NCBI GenBank assembly: GCA_965248195.1
Contig: CBDFIQ010000002.1
Location: 3,232,001 to 3,296,000 of the forward strand
Reading direction: 5' to 3'
Length of the DNA stretch: 64,000 nucleotides
Source of the DNA: Longimicrobiales bacterium
GTDB taxonomy: Bacteria; Gemmatimonadota; Gemmatimonadetes; Longimicrobiales; Gaopeijiaceae
The translations under genes and the position numbers were made by a program. The notes below the pieces were generated by a model. The model was not told the origin of the DNA. It saw only the letters and a program-made list of their open reading frames with translations, and made no database searches. Positions 1-8,933 of this stretch are shown here, piece after piece; within the stretch, counting starts at the first letter, position 1; each line of letters begins with the position of its first letter.

Positions 1-406
1 ACCATGATCCGGCTAACCTTTCGCGAGCGATGCGGATCTGCACCGGAACGCCGAAGGTCAAACCATGCGCTCCGAATCCGAAGGCCACGACCGAACCCTG
101 GAGCGCTCGGGCTTCGATCAACACGCTCTCCGAAACTGCCCCCTCCGGAAAGCGGATCTCGACGTCGGTGCCCCAAAGCTGGATTACGCCGCCCGCCGGA
201 CCGATCACTCGGCGGGCTACGACGTCCTCGGCAACCGGTTCACGCCACTCCAGGGCCCCGAAGCCGGGTGCCGGAGCCCGATCGAAGAAGTCCGCCGCCG
301 ACCTCCCGGGGGAGGGGTCGACCGCCGTAGGCAGATCGGTACACGCGAACAGCGCTAGTACGAGTGTCACGGAGGCCAGGGACCAAACGTTCCTCAACAA
401 TTGCAT
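1..406 (-). CDS. Lipoprotein with ZU5-like beta domain (3'-partial, runs off window)
   Basis: Manual translation from ATG 406 (GGAG SD): MQLLRNVWSLASVTLVLALFAC (lipobox) ... IGPAGGVI...FPEGAVSESV...FGAHGLTFGVPVQI. Absent from the ORF track because no stop falls in the window. Confidence 0.65.
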   Translation of the reverse strand, partial: MQLLRNVWSLASVTLVLALFACTDLPTAVDPSPGRSAADFFDRAPAPGFGALEWREPVAEDVVARRVIGPAGGVIQLWGTDVEIRFPEGAVSESVLIEARALQGSVVAFGFGAHGLTFGVPVQIRIARERLAGSW

Positions 407-556
407 CTTTCCACTCCTGGATTGATCGACGGTTCCGAACTGTACCGGGGGAATACCGCAGATGCAATGTCGATGCCAAAGCGTGGAAACCATGTAACAC
501 GTTGTTGGTCAATCATTTACGGTCCGATAGAGTCAATGGGGCTCCAGGTCCACTAT

Positions 557-631
557 GTGTCATATTATTACGTTTTGTGACGTAATGCAACAATTATTTA
601 CGTTATTGCAAAATATGTAATATTATGACAC
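557..631. repeat. 75-bp AT-rich imperfect inverted repeat
   Basis: Nested arms GTGTCATA/TATGACAC, TATTAC/GTAATA, TTTTG/CAAAA, ACGTAA/TTACGT. Confidence 0.7.
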
Positions 632-641
632 GCACCTTGCA

Positions 642-1115
642 CTATTCGGTGCTTGTGAGGCGGACGCCCTCTATGACCACGGGCTCAAGTGGGCGGTCCT
701 CGGGGCCGGTGGCCGTGCGGCCGATCGTGCGGACGGTCTCTATGCCCTCGATCACCTTGCCGAACACCGCGTGCTTTCCGTCCAGCCACGCCGTGGGGAC
801 GAGGGTAATGAAGAACTGGGATCCGCCGGAGTTCGGCCCGGAGTTCGCCATCGAAAGCACACCCTCCGAGTCGTGCGTCAGCTCGGCGTGGAACTCATCG
901 GGAATGGTGTAGCCCGGCCCGCCAGTTCCGTCTCCCTTGGGACAGCCCCCCTGGAGCATGAAGCCCTCGATGACGCGGTGAAAGGCGATTCCGTCGTAGT
1001 AGCCCTTCTCGATCAGGTCGATGAAGTTCTTGGTCGTGACCGGGGCACGGCCCTCGAAGAGCTCGGCCTGGAAGCTGCCGAGGCTGGTTGTGAAGTGGGC
1101 GACTCGGTTTGCCAT
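642..1115 (-). CDS. Cyclophilin-type peptidyl-prolyl cis-trans isomerase
   Basis: [41 protein letters not shown]. Confidence 0.97.
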   Translation of the reverse strand: MANRVAHFTTSLGSFQAELFEGRAPVTTKNFIDLIEKGYYDGIAFHRVIEGFMLQGGCPKGDGTGGPGYTIPDEFHAELTHDSEGVLSMANSGPNSGGSQFFITLVPTAWLDGKHAVFGKVIEGIETVRTIGRTATGPEDRPLEPVVIEGVRLTSTE

Positions 1116-1232
1116 GGTAATCCCGTGGGTTGAGGTGTCGGCCGCGGCCGAACGCTCTTCAGCCGTGAATCGGATTATCCCCCAAGAGCCCGATCAAGTC
1201 CAGACCAGTACGGCGCAGGAGCATCCGATGCT

Positions 1233-1448
1233 TCAGCCAGGTGGCGTTTTGGGCCGATTCATCACGAGGCCCGCACCGCAAATAACACAGATCAGCCAGA
1301 TTCGATCTCTCACATAGGGAACATCCTTCCGTGGGGGGACGTCGGTACGATCGAAGCGGCCCCCGCACCGAGGGCAGGACGGATCGCACCCGCCGGTAAG
1401 AGCGGTGCGGATGCGTTCTATTTCATTGGGCCCGAACTGTTCGGCCAT
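1233..1448 (-). CDS. Small zinc-finger protein (71 aa)
   Basis: From ATG 1448 MAEQFG...; CPRC and CVIC pairs. Confidence 0.7.
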   Translation of the reverse strand: MAEQFGPNEIERIRTALTGGCDPSCPRCGGRFDRTDVPPRKDVPYVRDRIWLICVICGAGLVMNRPKTPPG

Positions 1449-1582
1449 AGGAACGGAAATTCTCAAGGTTGCTTCGAGCTGACCAAATGACTTTAACTCC
1501 CTGCCCGCCCTCAACACTATGGCTGAGAGGCGGGTCTTCCCAAACAGGCGAGGAGGGTTGGGGAGGGGGCGAAGACGCATCG

Positions 1583-1611
1583 TTGCTCCTTGGTTGGGCG
1601 CATGCTATCGT
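1583..1611 (+). promoter_or_regulatory. Sigma70-like promoter of infA
   Basis: TTGCTC-17 bp-TATCGT with TGn extended -10. Confidence 0.5.
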
Positions 1612-1647
1612 GCGACGGGGTCACAACGATCTTGACGCGAGAGGCGA

Positions 1648-1863
1648 GTGGCAAAAGAAGCGATTGAAATCGAGGGATTGGTCAGCGAGGTTCTTCCCAA
1701 CGCCCGATTCCGCGTGGAGTTGGAGAACGGCCACGAGGTCCTGGCGTATCTCTCCGGAAAGATGCGGCAACACTACATTCGCGTGCTCGAGGGAGATCGT
1801 GTGAAGGTGGAGTTGTCGCCCTACGATCTCACTAAAGGCCGCGTAACCTACCGCTACAAGTAG
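1648..1863 (+). CDS. infA: Translation initiation factor IF-1
   Basis: [10 protein letters not shown]...[25 protein letters not shown]...[13 protein letters not shown]. Confidence 0.98.
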   Translation: MAKEAIEIEGLVSEVLPNARFRVELENGHEVLAYLSGKMRQHYIRVLEGDRVKVELSPYDLTKGRVTYRYK

Positions 1864-1877
1864 GCCCCGGGGGGGAT

Positions 1878-2892
1878 TCAGGCTTGGGCGAACTCCCGTA
1901 GCTTAGCCACCTGATGGGGGTGCCCCACCACGATCATCTCATCACCAATGTCGAGCCGGGTATCGGCCGCCGGGTTGAACACGAATTCACGCGTCTCGTC
2001 GAGCTGTTTTCGCACCGCGATGACGATAAGCCCCGTTTCCTGGGGAATGCGAGCGTCGATGAGCGTTCGTCCCGCCAGCCGGGAGTCAGACTCAACAACA
2101 GGATGCTCGAAGCGCAAAGCTAGATCCTCCGACCTGGTCACGATGTCGAGGAAGGAAACCACCTCGGGGCGGAGCAGCAGCGAGGCCATCCTGATCGCGC
2201 CGCTGACATTCGGGCTCACCACGTGGTCGGCCCCAGCTCGGTAGAGCTTCTCCATGCTTCCCTCTTCGAGCGCCCTGGCAACGATCGTGAGATCAGTGTT
2301 GAGGTCCCGTGCCGAGAGACAAACGAAGACGTTGTCGGTATCTGCGCTCAGACACGACAGCAGTCCCCGAGCTTTCAGGATACCGGACTCCCTCAGGTTT
2401 GCGTCCAGCGTGGCGTCTCCAATCACGGTCAAGACCTCGGGATACCGCTCATGGGTCCACTCGAGGCGTTGCGGATCCCGTTCAATCACTACGAAATCCT
2501 GCCCCAGGGCCAACAGCTTTCATCACCTGCTGCCCCATTCGCCCACCCCCACACACGACGATGTGGCCGCCCAGGCGCTCTAACATACGTTCCCTCCAGC
2601 GTCTTTTTCTAACGTCACCAAGGTCGAATTCCACGATGAATGATGTGATCAGCGCGAACCAGACGCCGATTCCCGTGATCCCTGCTGCCACCAGGACCAT
2701 CGTAAAGTCCCGGCCAAGCTCGGACAGTGGGCGGACTTCCTGGAAGCCCACCGCGCTGAGGGTTATCACCGTCATGTATAGGGCTTCCCGCCACGGCCAC
2801 CCCTCGATGGCCACATAACCAACGGCCCCAACGACGGTCAGAGCAACAAGATAGGCGATCGCACCCAAGAATCGGGGGATAAAAACGCGCAT
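1878..2892 (-). pseudogene. Potassium channel with TrkA-N/TrkA-C (RCK) domains, frameshifted near 2517-2520
   Basis: N-half 2482..2892 has TM helices, pore TLSAVGFQEV and GGGRMG. C-half 1878..2513 has the rest of the RCK domain. Junction reads ATG AAA G CTG TTG GCC. Confidence 0.85.
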
Positions 2893-2988
2893 CGCTCGAC
2901 GACTTCTCCGGGTGAAGCTGACCTGACCTCAGGGAATCCCTCGTACGGGAAGCTAGGCAGGACGCGGGTTTTCGGCCAATAAAGTTAC

Positions 2989-3017
2989 TTGACGCTTCGC
3001 TGAGCTAGCCTTACCGT
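2989..3017 (+). promoter_or_regulatory. Sigma70-like promoter upstream of hup
   Basis: TTGACG-17 bp-TACCGT. Confidence 0.55.
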
Positions 3018-3019
3018 TG

Positions 3020-3135
3020 TCTTGACGGATGCTAGCCGGAACCGCTGCCGTCCGAATACAGTGCGTGAAAGGGCCCGACACGCATGAATCCGGAATGGAG
3101 CTGGAGGAAGGCCGGCAGAGGCCGCGAAGTCAAGA
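3020..3135 (+). ncRNA. Candidate rod-like structured RNA / hup 5' leader
   Basis: Nested pairings TCTTGAC/GTCAAGA, GCCGG/CCGGC, TCCG/CGGA, TGCGTG/CACGCA. Confidence 0.35.
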
Positions 3136-3164
3136 GGCATCACCCCCCTTTTGAGGAGTAACAA

Positions 3165-3446
3165 ATGAACAAATCCGATCTAGTAGACGCCCTTGCCGAC
3201 AGCGCTGGCATGACCAAGGCCGACTCATCTCGGGCCCTGGATGCCCTGTTCGGTTCCCGAGGTGTTATCGCTCGCGCTTTGAGGGCCGAGCAGCGGGTGC
3301 AAATTACTGGCTTTGGCACGTTTGAAGCGAAGCATCGCAAGGCTCGCATGGGCCGGAACCCTCGCACTGGCGCCACGATTCACATAGCGGCGTCGAAGAC
3401 TCCCGGATTCCGGGCAGGTAAGGGCTTCAAGGACGCCATCCAGTAG
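3165..3446 (+). CDS. hup: HU family DNA-binding protein
   Basis: MNKSDLVDALA...VQITGFGTF...GRNPRTG...PGFRAGKGFKDAI; GAGGAG SD. Confidence 0.97.
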   Translation: MNKSDLVDALADSAGMTKADSSRALDALFGSRGVIARALRAEQRVQITGFGTFEAKHRKARMGRNPRTGATIHIAASKTPGFRAGKGFKDAIQ

Positions 3447-3491
3447 CAACACTGGGTGGGTAGTCCCCATCGGAAAATCGAAGGATCGGAT

Positions 3492-3527
3492 AGAGGCCAC
3501 CCCTTCGGGCGTGGCCTCTTCTTATTT
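3492..3527 (+). terminator. Intrinsic terminator after hup
   Basis: AGAGGCCAC-loop-GTGGCCTCT followed by TCTTATTT. Confidence 0.75.
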
Positions 3528-3532
3528 ACTCC

Positions 3533-5113
3533 CTATTTACTCCCTTCTCGGCTGCGCGGGCCGCGATGCGTCCTACTCTCTCCCGACTTGGTTCCGCCCC
3601 CGCGGTCGTAGTCCACTCGTGCGCTTCGGCCACGGATGCTCGAGCCGTTTACGGCCTTGATGATTCTCTCCGCTTCAGACGGACGGACTTCAACCAGGGA
3701 GTATGTGTCGCGTATTTCGATCTTTCCGAACGACGAACCGTCCACCCCCGACTCTCCAGCGAGGGCGCCAAGCAGGTCGCGAGGCTTTACACCCTCCATT
3801 TCGCCGATGCTCACGAAAAGGCGAGTCCATCCGTCGGTTCCCGTCGCTCTTTCGGCGCGGGCCTTGCTGCTCGGGGGCACGGCGGCATCGGCTGGTCGAG
3901 GAATGAGCAGGGCGAGGGCGGCCGCCGCGAGTTCCTGGGGGCTGAACCGTTCCAGCAGAGGCTCCAGGACCAGGTAGAGAGGGGCGAGATCCCCCCGGCT
4001 GGCGGCGTCTTCGAGGCGACCGCGAATTTCACCGATACGGTCCTCGACCACAGACTCGGGTGGGGGTAGGGGGCGGACGCGGTAACCGCTGCGGCGGGCG
4101 GTATCCCTGAAGTGGGGAACTTCGCGGGGAAGGAGCAGCACCGTGGCCTGTCCTCCGGCACTATGGCGTCGGTCCATCGTGTCCACGTCCGCGGGGCAGT
4201 CCAAGCTCACGGTCGCCACGGCGGCGGGAGAGGTGCTCTGGTTGAGAGCTTCTCGGGCCGGCAGGGCGTCCACGGCCAACCAGACCGGCGCCGTTTCATC
4301 GCCCGGGGCGCCCGCCACGAATCCGTGAAGGGTCAGGTAGTCTCCGACGTCGGCCGCTCGGTCTGCCGAGCGGCAGAACAAGAGCACATGGCGAGCGTCG
4401 TCGTCGAGAAGCTCGCACACCAGCGGAGCCAAGGCGTCGACTTTGTCCTCTCCCGTGATGCGAAAGCGTATCTCACCTCGCTCCGGTGGCTTCGCGTCGG
4501 CGCCCTCGACGGCCGGGGCGGGTGGAACGCGGACCGCTTTCGTCACGTTTCTAGCCACGAAAGCCCCCGTTGATTTGGTCACCGGCTGGCTCAGGACAAC
4601 CCGCTGCGCTCCAGCCTTCACATACTCGAACAAGGCGCCCACGGTATCGAGGCCTGAAATCGTCTCGATCGCGCTGGCGCCGTCGACAACCAAGAACTGG
4701 ACCCCCTCTAGAGTGAGACTCGATCCGTCGACCGCCGATTTCACGTCGCTTGGCGTCGCGAAGAGCACATCGCATCGTTCGGGCAACAGCCACGCTCCCC
4801 CCAACGCTCCGACCGAATGGCCCGTGGCGGCCGCAAGGCGTCCCAATGATTCGGCGAGGCCCGTGGCGGCGGCCGCCGTCGGCACGAGAACGAGCGCCCC
4901 GGCCCGTCCGGCTTGGGACTCGGTTCTTTCCAGGATGGCCGTTCCATACGCCAGCAACGTTCCGGCTCCAGGGCCGACGGCCCCGAGGAGATTGTTCCCT
5001 CGCCGGAGTATGGGAATCGCCGTCCGCTGAAACTCGGTGGGTTCCTCGAAGCCCTCCGCCGAAAGGGCCTCGGTCATTTCCTCGGGTAACTGGAGATCGT
5101 CGAATGACTGCAT
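3533..5113 (-). CDS. DEAD-box helicase-like protein with C-terminal DbpA RNA-binding domain; catalytic motifs degenerate
   Basis: Start ATG 5113 (TGATG overlap with upstream gene). Q-motif GFEEPTEFQ, Ia LVLVPT, Ib FATPS; DbpA tail RLFVSIGEMEGVKPRDLLGALAGESGV...GKIEIRDTYSLVEV. Confidence 0.85.
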   Translation of the reverse strand: MQSFDDLQLPEEMTEALSAEGFEEPTEFQRTAIPILRRGNNLLGAVGPGAGTLLAYGTAILERTESQAGRAGALVLVPTAAAATGLAESLGRLAAATGHSVGALGGAWLLPERCDVLFATPSDVKSAVDGSSLTLEGVQFLVVDGASAIETISGLDTVGALFEYVKAGAQRVVLSQPVTKSTGAFVARNVTKAVRVPPAPAVEGADAKPPERGEIRFRITGEDKVDALAPLVCELLDDDARHVLLFCRSADRAADVGDYLTLHGFVAGAPGDETAPVWLAVDALPAREALNQSTSPAAVATVSLDCPADVDTMDRRHSAGGQATVLLLPREVPHFRDTARRSGYRVRPLPPPESVVEDRIGEIRGRLEDAASRGDLAPLYLVLEPLLERFSPQELAAAALALLIPRPADAAVPPSSKARAERATGTDGWTRLFVSIGEMEGVKPRDLLGALAGESGVDGSSFGKIEIRDTYSLVEVRPSEAERIIKAVNGSSIRGRSARVDYDRGGGTKSGESRTHRGPRSREGSK

Positions 5114-5415
5114 CACGAGGGGTCCCCGGAACCTCGTCCGCCGGTATCCCCCGGCTCGTAGGGAAGCTCCGCGAGGAACTTCTGAATTTCGTAGTCGAGA
5201 CGCGAGGTCCGGAGCCGGTCGCTGGAGGCCAGGACGTTGGTGTACGGGCCGTGCCGGTGCGCGGCGAGGGTCACCGTGCCTTCCTCCCCCGAAAAGGTCG
5301 CCCCGTGCGACGAACTCTTCGTCCGGGTCAGGCCGATCCACTCGGGAAGCAACTCTTCCGCCTTTGCTAGAATGTCGGCCGGGGAGAGGACAGTTTTTCG
5401 CTGATAGCCTGCCAT
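5113..5415 (-). CDS. Hypothetical protein (100 aa)
   Basis: GGAG SD; stop overlaps the downstream ATG; natural composition. Confidence 0.75.
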   Translation of the reverse strand: MAGYQRKTVLSPADILAKAEELLPEWIGLTRTKSSSHGATFSGEEGTVTLAAHRHGPYTNVLASSDRLRTSRLDYEIQKFLAELPYEPGDTGGRGSGDPS

Positions 5416-5441
5416 TTGGGTGATCTCCCAACAACTCGCCT

Positions 5442-6029
5442 CTATATGAGTCGTGCTTGCTCCAGGAAGTGTCGAACCTCGCCCATCGAACCGGGACCTT
5501 CAAGGCTCATGTCACCAGACTGGAGGGTCGGCACTCGCTCTACGCCCGCCTCCTCCGCCTCCCGCCGAAGATCAACTACGCGGTCCCGATGTTTATCGAC
5601 GTCGAGTACGGCTTTCGATTCGCTCGCATCGAGCCCGACCTTTTCCGCGACCGCGACCAGGACGTCGATGCGTCCGATGTCCGCACCTTCCCGAAAACGG
5701 GTCGCGAAGATCTCATCGTGCATGGGTGACCCCAGTCCCTTCTCGGCGGCGTGCAGGCGCAGCTCGTGCGCCTTCCGGCTCCAGGGTATGAACGCAGGAC
5801 GAGCCATCCGGATCTCTGCCTTCCGCGCCAAACCTTCCACGGTCTCTCCGTAGGCAGTCCAATCGGGGTCCATTCCGTCGATGAGATCCTGAGGCACCGC
5901 GCGCACTTCGAACGGGTGGACAGTGGCTTCGACTCCATCGGGAAGGAGTTGTCCCAGTTGCCGGTGCATCAGGTACGATCCCGGATCGACATAATCGAAG
6001 TAGAACACAAGCCTGGGCGCATCTTCCAT
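5442..6029 (-). CDS. DsbA/FrnE/HCCA-isomerase-like thioredoxin-fold protein
   Basis: YFDYVDPGSY, SRKAHEL, GADIGRIDVL, GVERVPT (cis-Pro). Confidence 0.8.
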   Translation of the reverse strand: MEDAPRLVFYFDYVDPGSYLMHRQLGQLLPDGVEATVHPFEVRAVPQDLIDGMDPDWTAYGETVEGLARKAEIRMARPAFIPWSRKAHELRLHAAEKGLGSPMHDEIFATRFREGADIGRIDVLVAVAEKVGLDASESKAVLDVDKHRDRVVDLRREAEEAGVERVPTLQSGDMSLEGPGSMGEVRHFLEQARLI

Positions 6030-6139
6030 TCGGAGAAGCTGCTCTCCGCCGTCGTCCCGATCAACCTCGCCGGGTCTTCATTAGCGGGGAGCACCCGGCC
6101 TTACTTGATCCGAGTTCGCAGTGATTCGATATTCCCGGC

Positions 6140-7348
6140 ATGAAATTCAGCCCAAACGTCGCCCGCCTGCAGCCATCAGCCACGATGGCGGTCAGCACCC
6201 TCGCCAAGCGTCTCCGGGCAGAGGGCCGCGACATCATAGATTTGAGTGCCGGGGAGCCGGACTTCGGCACGCCGGAGTGGATCTCCGAAGGAGCGATCGA
6301 GGGGATTCGATCCGGTTCCACCCGGTATACGCCGGTGTCGGGTATACCGGAACTGAGACGCGCGATCGCCGGATATCTCGAATCGGTCGGGGGCAAGCCC
6401 GTAGACTGGGAGGGCGTCGTCGTGGGGGCGGGCGCGAAGCAGGCGTTGTTCAACGCCGCGTTCACGCTCTTTGGTCCGGGTGACGAGGTGCTCGTAGGCG
6501 CACCCTACTGGACGAGCTATCCGCAAATGGTCGCACTGGCTCGAGCCGAGCCGGTCCCGGTATCCGGAGATCCCGACCGAAACTTTCTCGTAACCCGAGC
6601 GGATCTCGACGCCGCGTACACGGAGCGGACGCGGGGGCTGATTCTGTGCTCTCCATCCAATCCGACCGGAGCGGTGTATGCCCTCGAGGAGCTACGGGAG
6701 ATCGCCGAGTGGGCAAAGGAAAAGGACGTCGTCCTCATCGCCGACGAGATCTACCGTGAGATCTATTTTGGGGACGACCGCTCTATTGCGCCCAGCATCC
6801 TCGAATTACCGGCGGAGTCCGTGGGCCGTTATGTCCTGATCGACGGGGCCTCCAAGTGTTTTGCCATGACTGGATGGCGCGTCGGGTTCTCGTACACCGA
6901 TGTAGAGCTCGGGAAGAAGCTCGGGGCCTTTCAGAGCCACACGACGTCGAACGTCGCGACACCCTCGCAGATGGCCGCGCTAAGCGCATTCTCCGATCTG
7001 AAGCGCGCGCGGGAGGCCAAGCAGGCGATGGCCGCCACGTTTCGTGGGCGGAGGGACCGGGTCGTCGCGCTACTGGACGCACTCCTGCCGCAGCTTTCCT
7101 TCGTGGAGCCGATGGGTGCGTTCTATTTCTTCATCCGGGTGGATACACTGTTCCGGGAGGGCGTCTCCGACTCCACGGCGCTGTGTTCGTGGCTGCTCGA
7201 GGAGAGCGGCGTGGCCTTGGTGCCTGGTGTCGCCTTTGGCGACGATCGCTTCGTGCGAGTCAGCTTCGCCACGTCGGACGAGTTGATGGAGAGAGCGCTC
7301 AGGCGATTGGCCGAGGTGGTGGGCAGTGCCGCCTCCACGGTAGAGTAA
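6140..7348 (+). CDS. PLP-dependent class I aminotransferase (aspartate aminotransferase-like)
   Basis: GEPDF, SPSNPTG, ADEIY, SKCFAMTGWRVG. Confidence 0.95.
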   Translation: MKFSPNVARLQPSATMAVSTLAKRLRAEGRDIIDLSAGEPDFGTPEWISEGAIEGIRSGSTRYTPVSGIPELRRAIAGYLESVGGKPVDWEGVVVGAGAKQALFNAAFTLFGPGDEVLVGAPYWTSYPQMVALARAEPVPVSGDPDRNFLVTRADLDAAYTERTRGLILCSPSNPTGAVYALEELREIAEWAKEKDVVLIADEIYREIYFGDDRSIAPSILELPAESVGRYVLIDGASKCFAMTGWRVGFSYTDVELGKKLGAFQSHTTSNVATPSQMAALSAFSDLKRAREAKQAMAATFRGRRDRVVALLDALLPQLSFVEPMGAFYFFIRVDTLFREGVSDSTALCSWLLEESGVALVPGVAFGDDRFVRVSFATSDELMERALRRLAEVVGSAASTVE

Positions 7349-7371
7349 CGCGCTACGACTTCGGATCTACC

Positions 7372-8295
7372 TCACCCGGAGCCTAGGGCTCTTCGCAGGG
7401 CCCTTTCCACGCCGTGGACGTAGGCACCCCCAAAGAGGTTCACGTGCACTAGCAGGGGGTAGAGCTGGTACACGTGTCGGCGACCGTCCTCGTACCCGTC
7501 CGAGAGCGGTCGGCAGTCTTCATACGCTGTGTAGAAGGCCCTCGGAAACCCCCCGAAGAGTTCCGTCATGGCCAGGTCGACCTCCCTGTGCCCCCGATAC
7601 ACCGCCGGGTCCACCAGGACCGGCCCCCCGTCAGGACCAGGGTACACGTTTCCACTCCACAGATCACCATGGAGGATAGAGCGCCCGTCGTTCGTCGCGC
7701 CCGCGAGCAGTGCCGGGAGCTTCGACCCGAGCGTGACCCACTCCTGGTCCAGACCGGGCAGCCGCCCATTGTCGAAGGCCAGGGCTAACTGAGGCTCGAG
7801 CCGTTCGGCCCACCAGAACGCGGGCCAGTCCTCCATGCTCGTGTTCGTTTGAGGGAGCGAGCCGATGTAGTTGGAGCGGTGCCAGCCGTATGGGCTTTCC
7901 TGTGCCTCGTGAAGCGCGGCAAGGGACCCGCCGAGGCGCTCCCCGTAATCTGAGGCCGGGCGTCCGTGGGGTACGTACTCAAGAAGTAACCAGGCCGGAT
8001 TCTCCCCGGCACCGGAGTGGCCGATCACCTCCGGAACCGTCAGGTCGGTTGCTTCACGTAGGGCACTCAGGCCATCGGCTTCTGCCGCAAAGACATCCAA
8101 TACGGGCCCCGTTGCCCATTTGAGGAAAAATTTCTCCTGCAGGTTGGTCGACAGACGCGCGGTCTGGTGAATGCACCCTCCGGTCACGGGCTCGGCTCCA
8201 AGGATTTCCACGCTCCGAGCCCCACGCCTCGACAGAGCTGCCTCCACACCCTGCCGGAGGGCGCCAGGGAGCGTGCCTGGAAACCCGCCCCTCAA
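7372..8295 (-). CDS. Fructosamine/ketosamine kinase family protein
   Basis: GGCIH, AEADGL, NYIGSLPQ, LHGDLWSGN, DPAVYRGHREVDLAMTELFGGF, YQLYPLLVHVNLFG; probable TTG start overlapping the PTP stop. Confidence 0.92.
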   Translation of the reverse strand: MRGGFPGTLPGALRQGVEAALSRRGARSVEILGAEPVTGGCIHQTARLSTNLQEKFFLKWATGPVLDVFAAEADGLSALREATDLTVPEVIGHSGAGENPAWLLLEYVPHGRPASDYGERLGGSLAALHEAQESPYGWHRSNYIGSLPQTNTSMEDWPAFWWAERLEPQLALAFDNGRLPGLDQEWVTLGSKLPALLAGATNDGRSILHGDLWSGNVYPGPDGGPVLVDPAVYRGHREVDLAMTELFGGFPRAFYTAYEDCRPLSDGYEDGRRHVYQLYPLLVHVNLFGGAYVHGVERALRRALGSG

Positions 8296-8786
8296 CTCGA
8301 GAGCTCTGAGAGCAGGTGCTCGATGAAGGCGGCGCAGGTCCGATCGACCATGTCGAACATCAGATCGAAACCCTCGGGACCCCCATAGTAGGGATCCGGC
8401 ACATCGAGGTCCCCGTCCTGATGGGGGTCGAACTCTCTGAAGAGGGTGAGCAGGGCGCCACCCTCCCCTTGGGACTCCAGGTGGCGAAGGTCCCGAAGAT
8501 TGGTGCGATCCATCGCGAAGATGTAGTCGAACTCGTGGAAATCCTCGGCGCTCACGAGGCGCGCCCGCCCCCGGAGTGCGATCCCGTGGCGCATGGCGAC
8601 CTCGCTGGAGCGCGGGTCGGGGGGGTCTCCCTGGTGCCACGCCCCCGTGCCTGCCGAGTCCACGCGGACCCGGTTGGAGAGATCCTCTTCTTCCAAACGG
8701 TGTGCCAAGATGCCTTCTCCGAGAGGAGAACGGCAAATGTTGCCCAGGCATACGAAAAGAACGGAGACGTCGTATTTGGCGGTCAT
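8292..8786 (-). CDS. Low-molecular-weight protein tyrosine phosphatase
   Basis: VLFVCLGNICRSP, DSAGT, VPDPYYG; start set at ATG 8786 with GGAG SD. Confidence 0.95.
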   Translation of the reverse strand: MTAKYDVSVLFVCLGNICRSPLGEGILAHRLEEEDLSNRVRVDSAGTGAWHQGDPPDPRSSEVAMRHGIALRGRARLVSAEDFHEFDYIFAMDRTNLRDLRHLESQGEGGALLTLFREFDPHQDGDLDVPDPYYGGPEGFDLMFDMVDRTCAAFIEHLLSELSS

Positions 8787-8933
8787 GTTCTCCGATTCTC
8801 GAGGCGGGGGCGACCCTTGGAGGTTTGGAATCCCGTGGCGGACCCCTAAACTTATAGGCCAATCCAAAGCCGGCCGCACGCGACGTCACTTCGATGCGTG
8901 GTTAATCCGGCTCATCCGTGCAGGAACAACTGA

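Noticed and set aside
3020..3135. SRP RNA or tRNA
   Set aside because: No SRP domain IV signature and no cloverleaf or TTCGA arm
5114..5503. N-terminal extension of the 656-aa ORF (similarly the extensions of ORFs 7372..8889, 26289..27287, 32852..34072, 44515..45801, 59881..61809)
   Set aside because: Extensions overlap real neighbouring genes or are Arg/Pro-rich run-ons; downstream starts have SD sites or stop-start overlaps
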